Assembly (NCBI GenBank): GCA_965112635.1
Contig: OZ218778.1
Location: 1,184,001-1,248,000 of the forward strand
From: an uncultured bacterium
Lineage (GTDB): Bacteria > Oederibacteriota > Oederibacteriia > Oederibacteriales > Oederibacteriaceae
DNA length: 64,000 nucleotides
Direction: 5' to 3'
Shown: positions 57,183 to 64,000 of the stretch, piece by piece
Layout: each line of letters opens with the position of its first letter
Numbering within the stretch: the first letter of the stretch is position 1
Notes under the pieces: generated by a model
Told to the model about the DNA's origin: nothing
The model's database searches: none
What the model saw: only the letters and a program-made list of their open reading frames with translations
Position numbers and translations under genes: made by a program

Positions 57183-60134
57183 GTGAAAAAACTGCTGATA
57201 TTATCAATATTCTTTATGCTGTTGAGTTGCCTGGCTGCTCCCGGCTTAAGAGCCGAAGTGAGATGGTGGATGGGCTGGCCAGCAGGCATCACCAACCCTA
57301 CGGGAGTGACCACCTGGGCTTACGCGACCTCCATCTACGCCTGTAATCCTTTGACCACTTCCGCCTCGCTCGCCTCCACCGTTGTGGTGACCCTGCCCAA
57401 CGGCGTTTATTACCGGAATACGGGCGTTGGCCCGGCGCCCATCATCAACTATACCGCGGGCACAGGGGTGACTACCCTGACCTGGTCTATCCCTTCCATG
57501 GCGCCAGGAACATGCCCTCCCAGCACGCCCTTTGTCACGTTCTATTTTTATGAAGGATATACTTGGGCCAACGGCACGGTCATCGGACAGAATTCCATCT
57601 TTAACAATATCGAGGCGGATTTTTCCGGGGACACCCTGGAGCCGGGTTATACTACACCATCCCCCTTCGCCCCGTCCGCAGCGACTTTTCATGTCTTTGG
57701 AAAATCCGTTTGGCCCCAATGGGTCCCCTCGGCTTTACCATATACCTATCCACCTTTCTGCAACGGAGTAACCTTACTATTAGCCTTTTCTGATTACTAT
57801 AATTTTAATAATTCAAATGGCGTGACGGTCTGGGACACACTGGCCAGTGGTACGACTTATGTAGGAGCCTATATTGGTGCTGGAGGCTGTGGATCAACCA
57901 CCCTAAATACCACCTATAATTCCGGATGCCGAGGGGACGGGACCACTTTAGTATCCTGGCTTGTTCCACCCTCCTACAGCCAGCCAGGGGATTATACGTG
58001 GATCAATTACCAGTATTCGGTGGACACCCATTATCTTTGTGGCAGTGGGCCGCTGGTATATTCTTGTGATTTTTTAAGCGATTATGCAGAAGATTTTGTT
58101 AGCTATAGTAGTTTGAACGGGCTTAGTCCAACCAATTCTGGGTCATTTTATACCCCAACTAACTCATATAGTTATGTTCAAGGCCCTACTATTACAAAGT
58201 CTTTGGCCGGCATCACAGATGCCTTGGGAAATCCTGTGTCCGGGACCAATGTCACCATCGGCGACATCGTGACCTATACCGTCACGGTTGCTTCTCCGTT
58301 CGCGCCTTCCAAAAGTGTGGTTGTCACGGATACTCTTCCCAGTGGCCTGCAATATTCTGGAAGCTTGACCAATTACACTTCGTCAGGAGGAGTGCCAACT
58401 CCCAACTTATCACAGGTAGGGCAGGTCGCTACCTGGACCTTTCCCTCTGATTTTCCCGAAGGAGGAACCTGGAGCGTGACTTTTAAGGCCCAGGTCCTCA
58501 ATAACGGATCTTTACCTGACCCTGGCCAGACCACGCTGACTAACCAATCAAACGTTACGAATGTTGATACCACAGGAACACAATGCTTTGTCAATGCTTC
58601 TGACCCTGGAGTGACCTATCAGGACAACCTGACCATCACCAAAGTGCCCGACAAGAGCGTGGTCCTGACGGGCAATACTATCAACTACACCATCACCCTG
58701 ACCAATAACGGCGGCAGGGCGGTCAATAATGTGCAGGTGTTCGACACCATCCCGGCGGGGCTGACCTATGTCAGCGCCAACCCCACGCCTAATGCCACGG
58801 TCATCAATGGCGACAATAGCACCACCATCAAATGGAATAATTTGGGAACCATTAATCCGGGAAACAACTACATCATCACGAATTCAGCCTCGGTCAATGT
58901 AGCTGATGTCTGTGGGGCGAGCCTGACCAACTATGTCCGGCCCGTATTTTACTCATCCCAGAAAACGCCGGGCGCCCCGGGGAGGAATTATTACAATGGC
59001 GTCACAGCTTCGGCCACGGTTCTGGTGGCCACCTGCACTTCCACCACTACCCCGACCTTTACCTATACCACAATTTATACGTCCACCCAGACCGTGACGC
59101 CTTCGCTGACCCTGACCAGCTCGCTGACCAGTTCTCAGACCTATACGCCGACCGTCACGGCCACCGCGACACAGACCCCCACTTATTCCACGACCCGCAC
59201 CAGCACTTTGACCAGCTCCCAGACGCTTACCTCGTCCCAGACCACCACGGCGACACAGACCGTTACCGCCACCAATACGGCCACCAGCACCCAGACCAGT
59301 TCCCAGACCTTTACCCCGACCGTGACCCTGACCGCGACCCGGAGCTACACATCCACCCTGACCTGGACCTCTTCCATGACCTTAACCTCCAGCTATACCT
59401 CGACGCAGACCTACACCTCCACGGTGACCTATACTTCGACCCAGACGCCGACCTATGCCCCGGCCAACGTGTCGCTGACCAAGGTGGCGAACAGGACGAG
59501 CGCCAGGGACGGCGACGATATCACCTATACCATCACTTACAGCAACCCCCCGTTCTTTTTTGACGCGACCAATGTGGTGATCTGGGACACCATACCGCTA
59601 AATCTGGTGAGTTATGTCAACTCGACGCCTATAGGGAGTTTCCCCAACGGTCCCGGTCTCATCGTCTGGAACCTTGTTCCGGCACCCACTCCGGTGATAG
59701 GCGGCACCCAGGGCTCGGTTTCCTTTACCGTGCAAGTGCTGCCCAATGTGCAGAGCCAGACCCTGATCCCCGACACAGCGGCCGTGGGGTTTGAGGACAT
59801 GCCGACCCCGGGATTCCCCACGCCGGTCCAGACCGTCAATATCTCCAATGAAGTGGATATCCGTGTCCTCAACGCGCCCATCGTTTTCCCGACCATCTTC
59901 AACCCCAACACCGCCATCCGGGGGACCTTAAAGGTCATGGGGATGTCCCCCAAGGGGAGCATGGAGATCTACGACGTGTCCGGGGAAATGGTCAAGGTCC
60001 TGCGGCCTGACCCTACCAACGGGACAGCGACCTGGGACGGTAAAAATGAATACGGCTCCACGGTGGCGTCAGGCCTGTATCTTTACGTGATCCTGCCCGA
60101 ATTGATCCGGGGCAAGATTATCGTCAAAAAGTAG
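57183..60134 (+). CDS. Large secreted surface protein: DUF11-like Ig repeats, Thr/Ser-rich linker, FlgD/T9SS-like C-terminal domain
   Basis: Signal peptide (MKKLLILS, GTG 57183); K......G..ITYTI...N.....V.VxDTLP repeats; C-terminus IYDVSGEMV..WDGKN..G..VASGLYLY..KIIVKK. Confidence 0.85.
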   Translation: MKKLLILSIFFMLLSCLAAPGLRAEVRWWMGWPAGITNPTGVTTWAYATSIYACNPLTTSASLASTVVVTLPNGVYYRNTGVGPAPIINYTAGTGVTTLTWSIPSMAPGTCPPSTPFVTFYFYEGYTWANGTVIGQNSIFNNIEADFSGDTLEPGYTTPSPFAPSAATFHVFGKSVWPQWVPSALPYTYPPFCNGVTLLLAFSDYYNFNNSNGVTVWDTLASGTTYVGAYIGAGGCGSTTLNTTYNSGCRGDGTTLVSWLVPPSYSQPGDYTWINYQYSVDTHYLCGSGPLVYSCDFLSDYAEDFVSYSSLNGLSPTNSGSFYTPTNSYSYVQGPTITKSLAGITDALGNPVSGTNVTIGDIVTYTVTVASPFAPSKSVVVTDTLPSGLQYSGSLTNYTSSGGVPTPNLSQVGQVATWTFPSDFPEGGTWSVTFKAQVLNNGSLPDPGQTTLTNQSNVTNVDTTGTQCFVNASDPGVTYQDNLTITKVPDKSVVLTGNTINYTITLTNNGGRAVNNVQVFDTIPAGLTYVSANPTPNATVINGDNSTTIKWNNLGTINPGNNYIITNSASVNVADVCGASLTNYVRPVFYSSQKTPGAPGRNYYNGVTASATVLVATCTSTTTPTFTYTTIYTSTQTVTPSLTLTSSLTSSQTYTPTVTATATQTPTYSTTRTSTLTSSQTLTSSQTTTATQTVTATNTATSTQTSSQTFTPTVTLTATRSYTSTLTWTSSMTLTSSYTSTQTYTSTVTYTSTQTPTYAPANVSLTKVANRTSARDGDDITYTITYSNPPFFFDATNVVIWDTIPLNLVSYVNSTPIGSFPNGPGLIVWNLVPAPTPVIGGTQGSVSFTVQVLPNVQSQTLIPDTAAVGFEDMPTPGFPTPVQTVNISNEVDIRVLNAPIVFPTIFNPNTAIRGTLKVMGMSPKGSMEIYDVSGEMVKVLRPDPTNGTATWDGKNEYGSTVASGLYLYVILPELIRGKIIVKK
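59031..59456 (+). repeat. Low-complexity period-2 Thr/Ser coding repeat
   Basis: About 140 codons of (T/S)-x alternation. Confidence 0.85.
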
Positions 60135-60145
60135 GAAACCCAAAA

Positions 60146-61195
60146 ATGAACCACTGGCTACATTTCAGATCAAGGGGTCTTTTTTTCCGAACGGCTGCAC
60201 TCGCAGGGCTCCTCGCGGCAACGGCCGGGCAGACCGTCCCGCTTTACGGGGACGGCGGGCCGGGCTATACGGCCGCCAATTTTTTGAACATCGGGGCGGG
60301 CACCCGTTCCGCGGGCATGGGCGAGGCTTTTACGGCGGTCGCCAACGACGGGGAGGCCGTGGCCTGGAACGTCGCGGGCCTGTCGCAGCTGATGGCCAAG
60401 GAGATCCTTTTCATGCACTCCGAATGGGTGCAGGGGGTGCAGTACGAATATCTTTCCTACGGCCAGAACCTGAGCAACCACCAGGGGCTCGGTTTTTCCC
60501 TGGCCTACCTCCATATGGACAACATGCCCGTCATCAACGAGAGCGCGGTCACCAACCCCGGAGACATCCTGGGGTCTTCGCCGGTCATCACCAATGAGAC
60601 TGTTTCCGTCAAGGACCTGGCGGCCACCATAGCCTACAGCCGTCCTTTTTCCAACAGGCTGCTGGTGGGCGGAGCCGTCAAGTTCATCCAGCAGACACTC
60701 GTTGACCAGAGCTCCACGGACTTTGCCGCGGACCTCGGAGGGATGTACCTCAACAGGGATGCGGGATGGAGCCTCGGCGCCACGCTCTCCAACCTGGGGC
60801 CGGCCATGGCCGGCGACCCGATGCCCATGACCATCCGTTTCGGGGGAGCCCAGCGCATGCGGTTCTCGGACATGATGTCGGTCTATTCGGACAAAGAACT
60901 GGAGCCTTCCAAAAGGCGCGATATTCTGTTCACCGTAGACCTGGCGGATACGCTCAGCGAGAGCACCATCAAAACCTACCTGGGCTCGGAGTGGAGGTTC
61001 GTCTTCGACGTCCAATACGTATCCGTGCGGATGGGCTACCGGTTCGAAATGACCAAGGACGGCCAGGGGGTGGTCTCCTTCGGGCTGGGGTACGTGCTGT
61101 CGCAGGATTTCGCCGAATGGGAAGTAGATTACTGTTACGCACCCTTTACCGACCTGGGGGATACCAACCGGTTCTCCTTTGGCATAAGGTTCTAG
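60146..61195 (+). CDS. PorV/PorQ-like (FadL-type) outer-membrane beta-barrel
   Basis: FLNIGAGTRSAGMGEAFTAVAND..A..WNVAGL; D.AADLG; terminal DYCYAPF.DLG..NRFSFGIRF. Confidence 0.85.
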   Translation: MNHWLHFRSRGLFFRTAALAGLLAATAGQTVPLYGDGGPGYTAANFLNIGAGTRSAGMGEAFTAVANDGEAVAWNVAGLSQLMAKEILFMHSEWVQGVQYEYLSYGQNLSNHQGLGFSLAYLHMDNMPVINESAVTNPGDILGSSPVITNETVSVKDLAATIAYSRPFSNRLLVGGAVKFIQQTLVDQSSTDFAADLGGMYLNRDAGWSLGATLSNLGPAMAGDPMPMTIRFGGAQRMRFSDMMSVYSDKELEPSKRRDILFTVDLADTLSESTIKTYLGSEWRFVFDVQYVSVRMGYRFEMTKDGQGVVSFGLGYVLSQDFAEWEVDYCYAPFTDLGDTNRFSFGIRF

Positions 61196-61203
61196 GAGGG
61201 ACG

Positions 61204-61617
61204 ATGAGGATCTTGGGGCTGGACGTGGGGGAGAGGACGATCGGCGTGGCCGTTTCGGACGGCCTGGGGCTGACCGCGCAAGGGGTCACCACCCTTTACC
61301 GCAAAAGCCTGGAGCATGACCTCAAAGCCCTGCAAAAGATCATGGAGGAATACGAGGTCCAAAGGATCGTGGTGGGCCTGCCCATCAGCCTGGACGGGAC
61401 CCTCAAGGTCCAGGCGGAAAAGGTGGCGGTTTTTATGGAGGCGCTCAAAGGCCGGTTCAGCCAGGAGGTCGTGGCCTGGGACGAGCGCCTGAGCACCGCC
61501 GGGGTGGAGCGGTCGCTCAGGGAAACAGGGGCCAGCCGCAAAAGCCGCAAACGGTTGGTCAACGAGCTGGCGGCCCAGTGGATCCTGCAGGGCTATATGG
61601 ACAAGGAGAGATCGTGA
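61204..61617 (+). CDS. ruvX: YqgF/RuvX pre-16S rRNA nuclease
   Basis: MRILGLDVGERTIGVAVSD, VVGLP, WDERLST, AAQWILQGY; AGGAGG RBS. Confidence 0.95.
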   Translation: MRILGLDVGERTIGVAVSDGLGLTAQGVTTLYRKSLEHDLKALQKIMEEYEVQRIVVGLPISLDGTLKVQAEKVAVFMEALKGRFSQEVVAWDERLSTAGVERSLRETGASRKSRKRLVNELAAQWILQGYMDKERS

Positions 61618-62663
61618 GCGTGGAACAATCCCCAAAACCGGAAGCCGTGCTTTTTATACGGGGCAAAAGGCCAAAGAGGCCCGGAAAAGCCGGCAAGGTC
61701 ATCCTGCTTTTGGGGGCGCTGCTGGCCGCCTGGATGGTCTGGGTCTTGGCCGTGCCCTGCCGTTTCAGCGGCGGGGAAAAAGTCCTGGATGTACCGCTGC
61801 ACAACGGCGCGGGCCGGATCTCGCGCTTCCTGGAAAAAGAGGGCGTGATCCGGAGCGGCCTTTGGTTCAGGCTCCTCTGCGTCGCCACCCACACGGAGAA
61901 CAAGCTCAGGGCCGGGGAATACGCTTTTCCCCAGTCCGGCAACCTTTGGCAGGTATGGTCCAAGATCCGCAACGGCCAGGTCAAGGTACACCTGGTGACC
62001 ATCCCCGAAGGTTTCACCAGCAGGCAGATCGCGGAAGCCCTGGAGGCGGAACATCTGACGACCCAGGCCGATTTCCTGGCCGTGGTGCAGGACGCGGGGT
62101 TCTGCGAGGCCAATAAGGTCCCGGCCAAGACCGCCGAGGGATTTTTATTCCCGGACACCTACGAGTTCATCAAAGGGATGAAGCCGGCCGAGATATGCCA
62201 GGAGATGATCCAGCACTTCTATAAAATGGTCAGCGAGCAGGAGATCGGTCGGGCGGAAGACATGGGGTTCGGCCTTAGGCAATGGGTGACCCTGGCTTCC
62301 ATCGTGGAAAAAGAGGCTGAGGCCAAGGAAGAGCGGGCCATCATCGCGGCGGTGTTTTTGAACCGGCTCAAAAAGGATATCCGCCTGGAATCCTGCGCCA
62401 CCGTGAACTATGTGCTGGGCACGACCAAGCCCAAACTCACCTGGAAGGACCTAGGCACGCCCTCGCCTTACAACACGTACCGGCACCGGGGCCTGCCGCC
62501 AGGGCCGATCTGCAATCCCGGCAAACCGGCCCTTTTGTCGGTGCTGAGCCCGGCCAAGGTGGACTATTTGTTCTTTGTTTCCAAGGGCGACGGCACGCAC
62601 CAGTTTTCCAAGACCATAGAAGAGCACATCAAAGCCAAAAACAAATACAAGCAAAAATATTAG
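61614..62663 (+). CDS. mltG: Endolytic transglycosylase
   Basis: TIPEGF, EGFLFPDTY, LASIVEKE, SPYNTY..GLPPGPICNPG; start approximate. Confidence 0.95.
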   Translation: MSVEQSPKPEAVLFIRGKRPKRPGKAGKVILLLGALLAAWMVWVLAVPCRFSGGEKVLDVPLHNGAGRISRFLEKEGVIRSGLWFRLLCVATHTENKLRAGEYAFPQSGNLWQVWSKIRNGQVKVHLVTIPEGFTSRQIAEALEAEHLTTQADFLAVVQDAGFCEANKVPAKTAEGFLFPDTYEFIKGMKPAEICQEMIQHFYKMVSEQEIGRAEDMGFGLRQWVTLASIVEKEAEAKEERAIIAAVFLNRLKKDIRLESCATVNYVLGTTKPKLTWKDLGTPSPYNTYRHRGLPPGPICNPGKPALLSVLSPAKVDYLFFVSKGDGTHQFSKTIEEHIKAKNKYKQKY

Positions 62664-62752
62664 AGTTTCCGCGGGAGCCCCGGTTGTTGGTGTCCCGGGC
62701 TGGTTGTGTTAAACTAACGGCTATTGTGAATAAGAGGAAAAGGGAATAGTGC

Positions 62753-64000
62753 ATGTTTATTAACTGGAACAAAATACCTCTTTGGTCTTCCGCGGCAGCG
62801 GCATTGCTGTTGTGCTGCTGTTTTTGTTTTAATAACGTTTCTTTTGCTCAGGAACACCCCAAGGTTATCGTCAAGATCCCTGATTCCATCGTCTCCACGG
62901 ACGATACCAATATGGGCATCGGCGCGCAGGCTTCGCGGGCCTTGCTCAAGGCTTTTAATGAAAAGTATCCCTGGATCGAAATGAAACCGGTCAGCATCCT
63001 ATCGATCCAGGATGTTTCCACCGAGGCCGGCCAGCTCATGGCCATTGCCGGCGGCACTTCGCCGGACATCATCTACGTCAATTTCCGGCAGTCCGACAGT
63101 TTCATCCAGCAGGGTTTCCTTTATCCCCTGGATGAGTTCATCGACAAGATGTCCAAGCAAGAGCTGGACCGTTGCGTCCTGCCGCCGGTCCGGCCGGTCC
63201 TGGACCGAGTGGGGCCGGACCATAAAAAGCATTGGTGGGCCTTCCCTTCTCTAACCTGTTGCGAGGTCTTATATTACCGAAAGGACCTGTTCCATGAAGC
63301 CGGACTGGACCCGGAAAAGCCTCCCCAGACCTGGGCGGAGATGCTGGAGGACTGCCGAAAGATCACGAACCCTGAAAAGGGGACCTACGGCCTGGGAATG
63401 TACGGCGGTCTGGCCGCTTCCTGGTCTTTTTATCCTTTTTTGTTGTCCACGGGTTCCCGCGTGTTGCAAGAGGACCAGCAGGGTAACTGGAAAGCCATCT
63501 ACAACACCCCAGCGGCGGCGGAAGCCGTTCATTTTTACGCTGAGTTGATGCAGGGCGACTTTGTCAGAAACGGGAAGACCATCCACGGGGCCGCGATGCG
63601 GGACGTGAATTTCGGCACTCCCTGGAGCCAGGGCAAGATCGGGATGGTGCTGAATTATGTGACCGACCAGATGATGTCCAGTGCGGACCCCCAGCTCGTG
63701 GGCATCGCCGCGGTCCCCAAGGGGCCTACCGGCGTGAGAGGCAACGAGATCAATGCCGCCTCCCTGGGTATTTTCGCCGGCACCCAGGATCCCCAGGTCA
63801 GGGATGCGGCCTGGAAATTCATCGAATTTTATTGCGGTCCGGAAGGCAAAAGAATCACGGACCGGGTCTATGTGGAGAACGGTTACGGAGCCTATTTAAA
63901 TCCCTCCGAATTAAGAGCCTTCGGATACAAGGAGTATTTAACCAGGGTCCCCAAGGGATGGGAAAAAATTTACAAAGAGTCTGTCTTGAGCGGCGTTCCC
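62753..64000 (+). CDS. ABC transporter extracellular solute-binding protein (family 1, sugars), 3'-truncated by window edge
   Basis: Not in the ORF track (no stop in window); manual translation of the N-terminal part gives a signal peptide and AIAGGTSPDIIYVNFRQ..QQGFLYPLD; YRKDLF.EAGL and PQTWAEM follow downstream. Confidence 0.85.
   Translation, partial: MFINWNKIPLWSSAAAALLLCCCFCFNNVSFAQEHPKVIVKIPDSIVSTDDTNMGIGAQASRALLKAFNEKYPWIEMKPVSILSIQDVSTEAGQLMAIAGGTSPDIIYVNFRQSDSFIQQGFLYPLDEFIDKMSKQELDRCVLPPVRPVLDRVGPDHKKHWWAFPSLTCCEVLYYRKDLFHEAGLDPEKPPQTWAEMLEDCRKITNPEKGTYGLGMYGGLAASWSFYPFLLSTGSRVLQEDQQGNWKAIYNTPAAAEAVHFYAELMQGDFVRNGKTIHGAAMRDVNFGTPWSQGKIGMVLNYVTDQMMSSADPQLVGIAAVPKGPTGVRGNEINAASLGIFAGTQDPQVRDAAWKFIEFYCGPEGKRITDRVYVENGYGAYLNPSELRAFGYKEYLTRVPKGWEKIYKESVLSGVP

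Overview
GC-rich chromosomal segment of a diderm bacterium (RlpA lipoprotein, PorV-like beta-barrel). The lineage cannot be fixed from sequence alone; Thr-rich DUF11 surface proteins with FlgD/T9SS-like C-termini are typical of candidate phyla such as FCPU426, Goldbacteria or Elusimicrobiota relatives (inference). Housekeeping backbone: carA(partial)-carB-pyrK-pyrD-rlpA-pyrF-pyrE, mutM-uvrB, uvrC, ctpA, engB, tsaD, mgtC, pdxA, ald, pilT x2, hisG, rsmA, ruvX, mltG and sugar-utilisation genes. An AT-rich island (about 12.6-19.65 kb) begins in the 3' end of uvrB, whose last codons are duplicated. It carries an AbiEi/AbiEii type IV toxin-antitoxin pair, two orphan Rhs toxin cassettes with membrane immunity genes, and an apparently truncated beta-propeller gene. 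Each Rhs cassette is followed by a copy of a ~170-bp repeat, and the second copy carries two small structured insertions. Other notable signals: a family of covarying IS200/IS605-like palindromic elements (9.5, 18.5 and 57.0 kb); a perfect sigma70 promoter, Cys-Cys leader peptide and terminator in front of a Cys-rich gene (candidate cysteine/metal attenuator); an IS3 element without target duplication that truncates a HEAT gene; a frameshifted GT-C/TPR paralog; and a T9SS-like cargo + PorV pair. No rRNA, tRNA or CRISPR array was seen.
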